Part shown: piece after piece, positions 36,145-45,161 of the stretch
How positions within the stretch are numbered: the stretch's first letter is position 1
Layout of the letters: each line of letters begins with the position of its first letter
Source: Polyangiales bacterium
GTDB lineage: Bacteria; Myxococcota_A; Polyangia; Polyangiales; Ga0077539
Direction of reading: 5' to 3'
NCBI GenBank assembly: GCA_044229975.1
Contig: JBGARZ010000006.1
Span: forward strand, 160,001-224,000
DNA length: 64,000 bases
Program-made: the position numbers and the translations under genes
Notes under the pieces: model-generated
The model's input: the letters and a program-made list of their open reading frames with translations, nothing else
Database searches by the model: none
What the model was told of the DNA's origin: nothing

Positions 36145-37341
36145 ATGTCCCGCGCCATGCGCTCTGGAGTGATGGTCTCGATGGTCGCGCTCGCAGCGCT
36201 GGCAGGGTGTGGCGACGAGCCCGCTGTGATCCCGACCGTGGACGGTGGTGACGCGGGGCGCACCGACCTCGGCGACATGGACGCGGGCCTCGGCACCGAT
36301 GCCGGGTCGACGATGGATGCGGGCGTCGAGGACACCTACGACCCGTGCAACCCGCGGCTGCGACTGGGTGATGGTGGGACGGCGTTTGACCCCGACCCGC
36401 GGTGTCCGCTGCCCAACCTGATTCCGGTGATCGAGCGGGTGCAGATCCAGACGCGCACCTTCGCGGCGGGTTCGTGCGAGGTGATGGAGGGCTGCACCAT
36501 GCCGGGCCGTCGCCGCCTGCTGCGCTTCGACCTCATCACCCCCAACATCGGCGCGGGCGACCTCTACCTGGGCCCGCCGATGCCCGGCAACCGCCCCGAC
36601 GGGCGCTTCGAGTACGGCGCCTGTCACATGCACTACCACTTCCGCGGCTACGCCGATTACCGGCTCATGGCCATGAGCACGGACACCGAGGTGGCGCGCG
36701 GGCACAAGCAGTCGTTCTGCCTGCTCGACAGCGCGCGGTACATGGACATGGGCCGCACGCTGCGGCCGGGCGAGGTGTACACGTGCACCGACCAGGGCAT
36801 CCACGCCGGGTGGTACGACCTCTACGACCGCGCGCTCGACTGCCAGTACGTCGACATCACGGACGTGCCGCCCGGGCGCTACCGGGTGCGCGTTCGCATC
36901 AACGAGCTGCGCGGCCTGACGGAGACCAACTACAACGACAACGAGGCCTTCCGCGAGGTGGAGATTCCCGCGACGGACCCGGTGTCCAACGACCCCACCG
37001 ACGCGTGCGCCGCCGACACCGACGGCACCGAGCGCAACTGCGGCTGGACCATCGACCGCGCCCTCACCTGCACGCCGGGCACGCGCGTGACCGTCGGCTG
37101 CAACGCGAGCTGCGGCGCGGGCTCGTGCGCGGGCAACCCGGTGATCCGCGTGTGCGCGGGCGACGGCCCCTGCCAGCACAGCGCGGCCCTCGCGGAGAAC
37201 GACGATGCGTGCGGCAACTCGTGCCCGTCGGTGAGCTTCATGTGCCCGCCGTTTCGCAACCGCTACACCGTGATGACGGGCGGCGCGCGGGCGGGCGGCG
37301 CCTACGAGTGCCGCCTCGAAGCGAGCGAGGCGCGTCCGTAG
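36145..37341 (+). CDS. Lysyl oxidase-like lipoprotein with Cys-rich C-terminal domain
   Basis: LAGC lipobox; RRLLRF, CHMHYHF copper site, GHKQSFCLLDS, QGIHAGWYDLY, LDCQYVDITDVPPGRY, ETNYNDN. Confidence 0.88.
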   Translation: MSRAMRSGVMVSMVALAALAGCGDEPAVIPTVDGGDAGRTDLGDMDAGLGTDAGSTMDAGVEDTYDPCNPRLRLGDGGTAFDPDPRCPLPNLIPVIERVQIQTRTFAAGSCEVMEGCTMPGRRRLLRFDLITPNIGAGDLYLGPPMPGNRPDGRFEYGACHMHYHFRGYADYRLMAMSTDTEVARGHKQSFCLLDSARYMDMGRTLRPGEVYTCTDQGIHAGWYDLYDRALDCQYVDITDVPPGRYRVRVRINELRGLTETNYNDNEAFREVEIPATDPVSNDPTDACAADTDGTERNCGWTIDRALTCTPGTRVTVGCNASCGAGSCAGNPVIRVCAGDGPCQHSAALAENDDACGNSCPSVSFMCPPFRNRYTVMTGGARAGGAYECRLEASEARP

Positions 37342-37344
37342 AGA

Positions 37345-38532
37345 TCACAGCAGCTTGCGCCAGAGGTACCACCCCCACGAGCGGACCTTCTCCATCCACG
37401 GGCGCTTCGCCCACTCCACGGGGTCGACCTCGCGCGAGTGCTCCTTGAGGTCGCGCCGCATGGACGCCTCGATGGCCGCGACGAAGCCCTCGTCGGTGCT
37501 CGCGAGGTTGGCCTCCAGGTTGTACCGCAGCGATCGGTAGTCGAGGTTGTAGCTGCCGGTGGTGGCCCAGTCGTCCACCAGCAGGGTCTTCGCGTGCAGG
37601 ATGCCGCGCGTCCACTCGTGCACGTGGATGCCCGACGCCATGAGGTCGGCGTAGATCCATTCGGTGGCGTACTTCACCGCCGGCACGTCGCTCTCGCCGG
37701 GGACCATCACCCGCACCTCGACGCCCCGCCGCGCGGCGTTTTTCAGCGCGCGCTTCACCCGCATGTCGGGGATGAAATACGAGTTGGCGATGAGCACCCG
37801 CCGCTCGGCGCTCCGGATGCGCGAGAGGTACGCCCGGCGGATCACCCGGCGCGCGCCCCACGCGTCGTGGCCCAGCACCGCCACCCGCGGGTGCGGTCGG
37901 CTCATGTTCGAGACGCCCAGCTCCTCCCGCGCCGCCGCCGCGCGCTCCCGCGACGTGAACACCCGCAGGTTGCTCGGGCACTCCCCCCCCTGGCTCGCCC
38001 ACGTCTCGAAGAACAGCGTCCGCACCCGCGCCGCCGTCGGGCCGATCACCAGCGCCACGTCGTCGCGCCACCCGCCGCCGCCGTCCTCCACGCACAGCCA
38101 CGGCAGCCCGAGGTTGAGCCCGCCCACGAAGGCCATGCGCTCGTCGATCACCAGCATCTTGCGGTGGTCGCGCTGCGACACCCAGCCCACGCGAAACCGC
38201 CGCCGCCACGGGGCGATGGGGTTGAACTCGATGACCTTCCCCCCCGCCGCGAGCAGGGCTTCGTACATGGTCGTGTCGGCGCCGAGCGACCCGATGGCGT
38301 CATAGAGAACGCACACCGCGACGCCCGCCTTCGCGCGCTCGGTGAGGGCGTCGATGACGCGCGTCCCGGCCTTGCTGGCGTCGAGCCAGTACATCTCCAG
38401 CAGCACCTCGCGCTTCGCGCCGCGGATGGCCTTGAGCATCGCCGGGATGGTCTGCTCGCCGTCGCGCAGCAGCGTGATGCGCTCGTCGGGCGCGTCGAAC
38501 TCGAGCTCGCTCTCCGTCGAGATGCAGCTCAT
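37345..38532 (-). CDS. clsB: Cardiolipin synthase (ClsB-like phospholipase D)
   Basis: Two HKD motifs (HRKMLVID, HAKTLLVD), YDAIGS, NSYFIP, GSYNLDYRSLRYNLE. Confidence 0.88.
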   Translation of the reverse strand: MSCISTESELEFDAPDERITLLRDGEQTIPAMLKAIRGAKREVLLEMYWLDASKAGTRVIDALTERAKAGVAVCVLYDAIGSLGADTTMYEALLAAGGKVIEFNPIAPWRRRFRVGWVSQRDHRKMLVIDERMAFVGGLNLGLPWLCVEDGGGGWRDDVALVIGPTAARVRTLFFETWASQGGECPSNLRVFTSRERAAAAREELGVSNMSRPHPRVAVLGHDAWGARRVIRRAYLSRIRSAERRVLIANSYFIPDMRVKRALKNAARRGVEVRVMVPGESDVPAVKYATEWIYADLMASGIHVHEWTRGILHAKTLLVDDWATTGSYNLDYRSLRYNLEANLASTDEGFVAAIEASMRRDLKEHSREVDPVEWAKRPWMEKVRSWGWYLWRKLL

Positions 38533-39281
38533 CGATGTCGGTCGTAGAGCCCGAGCGCCCAGGCGCCCGCGGGGGTCGCGCGAAACTCGTCGACGGTCTC
38601 GCGCATGGCAGCGGGGAGCTCGTCCTTCGGACAGAGCCAGCGGTCAGAGCGCGTGGGGAAGAGCACGGGGTTGGCCAGCGCCGCGAAGGCCACGTCGGCC
38701 GCCGTGAGCCTTCCGCCGACGAGATACGCGCGGCCGTCCGAGAGGGCAGCGGAGACCTCGGCGAAGATCTCGCGCATGCGGTCGAGGGAGCGCTGACAGC
38801 TCTTCGGGTTGACGTTGAGCCCGCGGCCGATGATGGCGCGCGCCACGGGAAACCCGACGCCCACCGCGAAGGACTCCGCGGCGGGGACGTTCTTCTGCAT
38901 GAGCCGGCGGGTGTTGTCGGCGTCGGGGAGCAGGTGCCCATAGGCCCAGCGCCGGGCGGCGGGACCGAGCTTCTCGTCGAAGAGGTTCTCCCAGCGGTTC
39001 ACCTCAGCGAGCTGCGCCGGGTCTTCGGGGAAGAGGCGCTCGGGTTCGGTGAGCTGCGCATCGATCCAGTGAAGGATGTCGGTGGAGTCGGCGACGGTGC
39101 GGTCGCGGGTCTTGAGCACCGGGACGGTCTTGCGGCCGCCCGCGAGGCGCACCGGGAGGTAGTGCGCGAGCGGCAGGTGCGCGCGCTCTTCGTAGGTGAG
39201 CCCGGCGCGGTCGAGGGCCCAACGGGCCTTCTCGCAATAGTGGCTGAACGGAATGGTCACCAGCACGAGGTCAGTCGTCAC
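38529..39281 (-). CDS. Glutathione S-transferase family protein
   Basis: SHYCEKARWAL, TVPVL, DSTDI, YLVGGRLTAADVAFAAL. Confidence 0.88.
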   Translation of the reverse strand: MTTDLVLVTIPFSHYCEKARWALDRAGLTYEERAHLPLAHYLPVRLAGGRKTVPVLKTRDRTVADSTDILHWIDAQLTEPERLFPEDPAQLAEVNRWENLFDEKLGPAARRWAYGHLLPDADNTRRLMQKNVPAAESFAVGVGFPVARAIIGRGLNVNPKSCQRSLDRMREIFAEVSAALSDGRAYLVGGRLTAADVAFAALANPVLFPTRSDRWLCPKDELPAAMRETVDEFRATPAGAWALGLYDRHR

Positions 39282-40074
39282 GATCGAGCTCCCAGATGTC
39301 GCCCCAGAGTGAGGCGCCGCCGTCGATGTAGAAGGTAGAGCCGGTGACGTAGTCGGCCGCGTCGCTGGCGAGGAAGGTGACGAGGTGCGAGACCTCGGCG
39401 GGGGTCCCGAGTCGGCCCGCGGGGGTCTGCTGCTCGGCCTTCACGACGAGCTCGGGGGGATAGCGGTCGGTGCCGGTGGAGCGGATGGTTCCGGGTGCGA
39501 CGGCGTTGACCTGGATGCCGTAGGGGGCCCACTCGACGGCGAGGCTCTTGGTGAGGTTGTCGACGCCCGCGCGAGCCGCGCCGGTGTGGGCCATGCCGGG
39601 GAAGCCGCGCGCGACGTTGGCGATGACGTTGATGATCCGGCCTTTTTTCTGCGGGATCATCGCGACGTTGGCGACGGCGCTGGTGACGTTGAAGGTCCCG
39701 AGGAGGTTGTTGCGCACGACGGCCTCGAAGCCCTTCGGCGAGATGAGCTTCGCGGGCGACGGAAACTGTCCCCCGGCGTTGTTGACGAGGACATCGACGC
39801 GGCCGAAGCGCTCGACGACGGAGCGCACGAAGGCTTCGATGGACTCGGGCTGTCGGATGTCGACGGAGCCCGCCATGGCTTGATGGCCGCGGGCGGTGAG
39901 GGACTCGGCCGCGAGGGTGACGGGCTCGACGCGGCGGCCGCAGAGGGCAACCGAGGCGCCGAGGGAGGCGAGCTCTTCGGCGATGGCGAGGCCGATGCCG
40001 GTGCCGCCGCCGGTGATGAGGGCGACGCGGCCGGCGAAGAGGCCGGGGCGAAAGGGGGTTTCGTCGGTAGTCAT
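39271..40074 (-). CDS. SDR oxidoreductase (trans-2-enoyl-CoA reductase/AtuB-like)
   Basis: TGGGTGIG, NNAGGQF, GMAHTGAARAGVDNLTKSLAVEWA. Confidence 0.88.
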   Translation of the reverse strand: MTTDETPFRPGLFAGRVALITGGGTGIGLAIAEELASLGASVALCGRRVEPVTLAAESLTARGHQAMAGSVDIRQPESIEAFVRSVVERFGRVDVLVNNAGGQFPSPAKLISPKGFEAVVRNNLLGTFNVTSAVANVAMIPQKKGRIINVIANVARGFPGMAHTGAARAGVDNLTKSLAVEWAPYGIQVNAVAPGTIRSTGTDRYPPELVVKAEQQTPAGRLGTPAEVSHLVTFLASDAADYVTGSTFYIDGGASLWGDIWELDRDD

Positions 40075-40141
40075 CGGGTGGGCGGCGCGCATTGAACCCT
40101 ATTCCCGCGCGGGGCGCACCTGGAGTAGCCTCCGCGTCGCG

Positions 40142-41917
40142 ATGGTGATGGACGCGCACGACGACGACGCCGCCGAGGCGCTGCCTCCCGGTACGATCGT
40201 AGGTGGTCGCTTCAAGGTCGAGGGCCTCGCCACGAAGCTGGGCCAGCTCTCGGTGCACCACGCCCGCGACCAGAAGACCCAACGCCTCGTCGCGCTCTGG
40301 CTCATCCCCGCCGGGGCTCTACCCGACGCGCACGTCGAGGCCACGCGCAAGTCGGTGCGCGCCTCGGCCGCGGTGCAGCACGCCGGGCTCATCGCCCCCT
40401 TCGGCACCTCGGTGCTCCCCGACGGAACGCTCTGCGTCGCCACCGAGCCGCTCGGCGACTCCGCCCTCGCGGAGATCATCGAGGCCCGCCGACGCGAGAA
40501 CAAACCCCACTCTCCCATCGAGGCGTACGAGTTCGTCGCGAGCGTCACCACCGCGCTCGACGCTGCGCACGGCTGGGTCGCCCACGGGGCCATCGCGCCG
40601 GAGATCATCCGCTTCGACGGCGGCCGCGTGCGCCTCGCGGGCCTCGGGTTGCTGACTCCGCTCGTGCTGCTCGACGCGGTGTCCACGCGCTACGTCGCCC
40701 CGGAGGTTCGCAACGGGCAGTCGCCGACGCCCGCGTCGGACGTGTACTCGGTCGGCGTGGTGCTCTACGAGCTCCTCACCAACAAGCCCTTCGACCGGCG
40801 CGTACGGCTCACCGAGGCGATGCCGGGAACTCCCATCACCATCGAGGTGATTCTCGACAACTGCGTATCGGCCGACCCCGCCGACCGCTTCGAGAGCATG
40901 GCCGAGCTCCAGAACGCCCTCGGCGCCGTGGCCTCGCCCGACAAGGCCGTGGTGGTGTCGCGCAAGGCGGCGCCCGGTGAGATTCCGGTGGTGTTCGACC
41001 TGCCCGAGGCGGGCGACATCCCGGTCGTCTACGACATCCCGGACGCGGCGCGCGGGTCCGATGCCGACCTCGGATCGCTCCTCCAGGTGGCGACGACGGG
41101 TGATGCCGATCGGTGGATGTTCTCGCACGGCGGACTCGACCACGGGCCGCTGTCGGCGCGCGAGCTCATCGCGGCCATCGTGCGCCACGAGGTGATGAAC
41201 GACGACGCCGTCACCAACATGGAGACGGGCGAGCGGCGCAAGCTCATCGACTGGCCGCAGTACGTGGAGTTCGTCGAGACGGCGGCCGACAAGCGAACCA
41301 TCGACAAGCGCCAGGCGGCGACGTCGCACGCGATCGTCGAGGCGGGGCACGCGAGGCGCAGCAAGGCCATCGTCACGGGCGCCGTGGGCATGGCGCTGGT
41401 GATGGTGGGGGCGGTGTTCTGGTTCACGGTGGGGCCGGGGTCGAAGAAGACCCGCACGGCGGCGGAGATCGACAGCCTCATCGCGCGCGGCGACCTGCGG
41501 GTGCAGACGTCCAACATCACGCTGCTGCCGCCGCCGCCACCGTCGGCGCACCACTCGGGTGGCGGAGGCGGAGGCGGCGGTCACGGCGGGTCGATGAGCT
41601 ACGAAGCGGCGATGGCGCAGCCCATCGACTTCAACTTCGCGGGCGGCGGCGGCCCCTCCGGCGGAACGCTCTCCGACAGCGAGATCATGCGCCCGCTCAA
41701 CGGCGCGCTGTCGCGTCTGGCGGGCTGTCTGGGTGACGGCAGCGCGCGCAACGTGACGCTGCGCATCGCCATCGGCGGCAACGGTCGGGCGATGGGCGTG
41801 ACGGTCAACAACGGGTCGGCGGGCGTGAAGGGCTGCGTGTCGAGCACGATCCGCGGACTGTCCTGGCGGGCGTTCGGCGGGCCGCGCGTGGGCTTGAGCT
41901 GGGGCTTCGGGTTCTGA
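40142..41917 (+). CDS. Pseudokinase + GYF-like domain + TM + TonB-C/AgmX-like C-terminal domain
   Basis: Kinase fold retains YVAPE and DVYSVG but has VALW, HGAIAPE and AGLG in place of VAIK, HRD and DFG; WMF...HGPLSAREL; TM helix; C-terminal domain with two Cys. Confidence 0.75.
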   Translation: MVMDAHDDDAAEALPPGTIVGGRFKVEGLATKLGQLSVHHARDQKTQRLVALWLIPAGALPDAHVEATRKSVRASAAVQHAGLIAPFGTSVLPDGTLCVATEPLGDSALAEIIEARRRENKPHSPIEAYEFVASVTTALDAAHGWVAHGAIAPEIIRFDGGRVRLAGLGLLTPLVLLDAVSTRYVAPEVRNGQSPTPASDVYSVGVVLYELLTNKPFDRRVRLTEAMPGTPITIEVILDNCVSADPADRFESMAELQNALGAVASPDKAVVVSRKAAPGEIPVVFDLPEAGDIPVVYDIPDAARGSDADLGSLLQVATTGDADRWMFSHGGLDHGPLSARELIAAIVRHEVMNDDAVTNMETGERRKLIDWPQYVEFVETAADKRTIDKRQAATSHAIVEAGHARRSKAIVTGAVGMALVMVGAVFWFTVGPGSKKTRTAAEIDSLIARGDLRVQTSNITLLPPPPPSAHHSGGGGGGGGHGGSMSYEAAMAQPIDFNFAGGGGPSGGTLSDSEIMRPLNGALSRLAGCLGDGSARNVTLRIAIGGNGRAMGVTVNNGSAGVKGCVSSTIRGLSWRAFGGPRVGLSWGFGF

Positions 41918-41931
41918 GGGAGAGAGGGTTG

Positions 41932-42669
41932 ATGGGGTGGACGTCGCATCCCCTCGCTAACGCTCAGGGTCTGGTGCTCGCGTTGCTCCTCGCGGGCTGC
42001 GAGGAGGTTCCGCTGATGACGGGCGCGGCGGAGGCCGAGGCCAACCGCGCGGTGGCGGTGCTCGATCACGCGGGCGTGGCGGCGACGAAGACGGGCGCCG
42101 CGGGGAGCTGGACGGTGACTGTCGGGCGCGACGACGTGGCGCGCTCGGTGGCGCTGCTGTCGGACGAGGCGCTGCCGGGGAGAGCGGCGCCGGGCGTGGC
42201 GGAGACCTACGCGGGCGGTGGGCTACTGCGCGGCGTGGCGGAGGACGCGCTGCGGGCCGAGCACGCGCGGGCGGGCGAGCTGGCGCGCACGCTGATGGCG
42301 CTCGACGGGGTGATCGACGCGCGGGTGCACGTGGCGACGCCCGAGCGGGACGCGCTGTCGGGCGACGACGACCGTGCACGGCCGCGGGCGTCGGTGCTGC
42401 TGCGAACGCGCGGCGAGGTGGACACCGCGGCGGTGCAGCGGCTCGTGGCCGGCGGCGTGGAGGGGCTGCGGGCGGACGACGTGACGGTGGTGGTGACGCG
42501 ACGGCGCGCAGTGGGGACGGCGGGCGCGGTGCTGGCGACGGTGGGTCCGTTCGCGGTGGCGCGAGGGAGCGCCGGGGCGCTGCGGGCGACGCTCGCGGGG
42601 ATGATTGGAGCGTTCGTGGCGCTGAGCGGCTTCGTGACGTGGCGGGAGCTGCGACGACGGAAGGGTTGA
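41932..42669 (+). CDS. sctJ: SctJ (YscJ/EscJ/PrgK)-like ring-forming lipoprotein
   Basis: LAGC lipobox, EAEANRAVAVL, ELARTLMALDGVIDARVHVA, ASVLL, LVAGGVEGL..DDVTVVV, C-terminal TM followed by RRRK. Confidence 0.82.
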   Translation: MGWTSHPLANAQGLVLALLLAGCEEVPLMTGAAEAEANRAVAVLDHAGVAATKTGAAGSWTVTVGRDDVARSVALLSDEALPGRAAPGVAETYAGGGLLRGVAEDALRAEHARAGELARTLMALDGVIDARVHVATPERDALSGDDDRARPRASVLLRTRGEVDTAAVQRLVAGGVEGLRADDVTVVVTRRRAVGTAGAVLATVGPFAVARGSAGALRATLAGMIGAFVALSGFVTWRELRRRKG

Positions 42670-42753
42670 CGCGACTGGTCCATCGTCATGGGCGCCCGAT
42701 CGGCGTTTGACGCCCGCGGCGTCGCGGCCGATGCTCTCGTGAGCTCCACTCTC

Positions 42754-43770
42754 ATGCTGTCGCACCGCGCGCGCCGTATCCTCCTCGCTGCCGTCGGAGA
42801 CTTCATCTCCACGGGTGAGCCCGTCGCGTCGCGCACCCTCTCGCGGCTGCACGACATCGAGCTCTCATCGGCGTCCGTCCGCGCGGTCTTCGCCGAGCTC
42901 GAAGCCGGCGGCTACCTCACCAAGCCTCACGCCTCTGCGGGTCGCGTCCCCACCGACAAGGGTCTGCGCGTCTTCGCCGAGGCGATGATCGTCGTGGCCG
43001 AGGGCAAGACCGCGGGCGACGACGGCGCAACATGGGCGGCCAGCGATCCGGGCTTCGACGCCGCCCTTCGTCACACCACGCGCGTGCTCGCCATGCTCAG
43101 CGGCTCGGCCGCGCTGCTCCGTCCGCCGCCGGGCGAGAGCTGGGTGCTGCGCGACCTGCGGTTCATCGCGCTGCGTGAGCGCGAAGTGTTGGCCGTGGTG
43201 GTCGCCACCAACGGCGCCGTGGAAAACCGCGTGCTCGCCCTCGCCGCGCCGCTCTCGGCCGCGGAGCTGGAGCGCGCCAACAACATGATCCACGCGCGGG
43301 TGCAGGGGATGACCCTCGCGCAGGTGCGGGCGGCGCTGGCCGACGAGCTCGCGCTGGAACGCTCGCGCGGAACTCGCCTGGAGGGCGTAGCGCTCTCGCT
43401 GGGTCAGCAGGCGCTGGCGGCGATCACGGCGCGCAGCGAGGTGCTGGTGGAGGGCACGGCGCAGCTCATCGCGCGGCCGGAGTTTGCGAGCGCCGAGAGC
43501 ACGCGGCAGCTCGTGCTGGCGCTGGAAGACCAGGAGCTGCTGCTCGACCTGCTCGACCGAACCATGGCCGCGCGGGGGATGCAGGTCGTGTTCGGCGGCG
43601 CGGACAACGCGATGGGGAGTGATCTGTCGCTGGTGGCGACGAGCTTCGGCGGCGGGGCCGTCGGGGTCATCGGCTCGACGCGCATGGACTACGGGCAGGT
43701 GGCGCCGCTGGTGAGGCAGGCCGCGACGCAGCTCTCGGACGTGCTGGGCGGGCGCACGCCGAAGGACTGA
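42754..43770 (+). CDS. hrcA: Heat-inducible transcription repressor
   Basis: TGEPVASRTL, SSASVR, GYLTKPHASAGRVPTDKGLR, GVIGSTRMDY. Confidence 0.93.
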   Translation: MLSHRARRILLAAVGDFISTGEPVASRTLSRLHDIELSSASVRAVFAELEAGGYLTKPHASAGRVPTDKGLRVFAEAMIVVAEGKTAGDDGATWAASDPGFDAALRHTTRVLAMLSGSAALLRPPPGESWVLRDLRFIALREREVLAVVVATNGAVENRVLALAAPLSAAELERANNMIHARVQGMTLAQVRAALADELALERSRGTRLEGVALSLGQQALAAITARSEVLVEGTAQLIARPEFASAESTRQLVLALEDQELLLDLLDRTMAARGMQVVFGGADNAMGSDLSLVATSFGGGAVGVIGSTRMDYGQVAPLVRQAATQLSDVLGGRTPKD

Positions 43771-43848
43771 AGAGCGCTTGCGCGAGGCGCGGCGGGGCAC
43801 CTAGGCTCATCGCGTGAACGGCCATTCAGCGGCCGCGAGGGAGATACC

Positions 43849-45018
43849 ATGGCGACGCCGTACACCGAGTCTCACCAGATGTTTCGGAAGACCGTTCGGG
43901 ACTTCTGCGAGCGCGAGCTGCGCCCGCACATGGACCAGTGGGAAGACGACGAGATGTTTCCGCGGTGGGTCTTCGAGAAGGCCGGCGAGCTGGGCATCTT
44001 CGGCGCGCACTACCCCGAGGCGCACGGCGGAAGTGGAGGCGACTACTGGTACTCCATCGCCAAGGGCGAGGAGCTTCCGCGCTGCGGTTCGGCGGGTGTT
44101 CCGATGGCGCTCATGGTGCAGAGCGACATGGCGACGCCGGTGCTCTCCGACCTCGGCTCGCCCGAGCAGATCGAGGAGTTCCTGAAGCCCGCGCTCCGCG
44201 GCGAGAAGATCGCGGCGCTGGGCGTGAGCGAGCCGGGCTGCGGGTCGGACGTGGCGGCCATGCGGACGTGGGCGCGCAAGGACGGCGACGACTACGTCAT
44301 CAACGGGTCGAAGACCTTCATCACCAACGGCACGCGCGCGGACTTCATCACGCTGATGCTGAAGACGCAGCCCGAGGCGGGGCACGCGGGCATCTCCATC
44401 GTGACCTTTCCCACCAACGTGAAGGGCTTCCACGTCAGCAAGAAGCTGAAGAAGATCGGCAACTGGTCGAGCGACACGGCGGAGCTGTTCTTCGAGGACT
44501 GCCGCATCCCGCAGCGCTACCTGCTGGGCGAGGAGGGCGAAGGCTTCCGCTACCTGATGCAGAACTTCCAGAGCGAGCGGCTCATCGCGTCGGCGTCGGC
44601 GACGGCGGGCTCGAAGCTCAACCTCGAAGCGGGCATCGCGTACGGGCGCGACCGGAGCGCGTTTGGCAAGCCGATCATCAAGCGCGAGGTGTGGCAGCAC
44701 AAGATCGTCGACCTCGCGACGAAGCTCGAAGCGTGCGAGGCGCTGACCTACCGCGCGGCCGACGCGTACAACCAGGAGCGCTACGTCGACGGGCAGCAGG
44801 TGAGCTTCGAGACGACCAAGTTGATCTCGATGGCGAAGGCCTTCGTGGGCGACGTGGTCAGCGAGGTGGCCGATGCGATGGTGCAGTTCCACGGGGGCTG
44901 GGGGTACATCGAGGAGTATCACGTGGCGCGCGCGTGGCGGGACCAGCGGCTCTTCCGACTGGGCGGCGGGACGACCGAGACGCTGCGCTACTACATCGCC
45001 AAGCTGATGGGGCTGTAG
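43849..45018 (+). CDS. Acyl-CoA dehydrogenase
   Basis: ALGVSEPGCGSDV, INGSKTFITNG, SDTAELFFED, QFHGGWGY, LGGGTTE; AGGGAG RBS. Confidence 0.93.
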   Translation: MATPYTESHQMFRKTVRDFCERELRPHMDQWEDDEMFPRWVFEKAGELGIFGAHYPEAHGGSGGDYWYSIAKGEELPRCGSAGVPMALMVQSDMATPVLSDLGSPEQIEEFLKPALRGEKIAALGVSEPGCGSDVAAMRTWARKDGDDYVINGSKTFITNGTRADFITLMLKTQPEAGHAGISIVTFPTNVKGFHVSKKLKKIGNWSSDTAELFFEDCRIPQRYLLGEEGEGFRYLMQNFQSERLIASASATAGSKLNLEAGIAYGRDRSAFGKPIIKREVWQHKIVDLATKLEACEALTYRAADAYNQERYVDGQQVSFETTKLISMAKAFVGDVVSEVADAMVQFHGGWGYIEEYHVARAWRDQRLFRLGGGTTETLRYYIAKLMGL

Positions 45019-45038
45019 GCCCGAGCGACGAGAGAGCA

Positions 45039-45105
45039 CCGGACGGACCCGAGCGTGAGCCGCGACGGGTCCGTGCCGGACAGACCCCGAGCGTGAGCGA
45101 AGGGG
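45039..45105. repeat. Tandem pair of short REP-like hairpin units (cccgagcgtgagc core)
   Basis: ccggacggacccgagcgtgagc (45039-45060) and ccggacagaccccgagcgtgagc (45076-45098); stem acggacccg/cgggtccgt. Confidence 0.6.
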
Positions 45106-45161
45106 GCGCGACCACCCACACCGACAGTTGTCGATCAACCCTTCGAGGGACAGGAAGGCAG

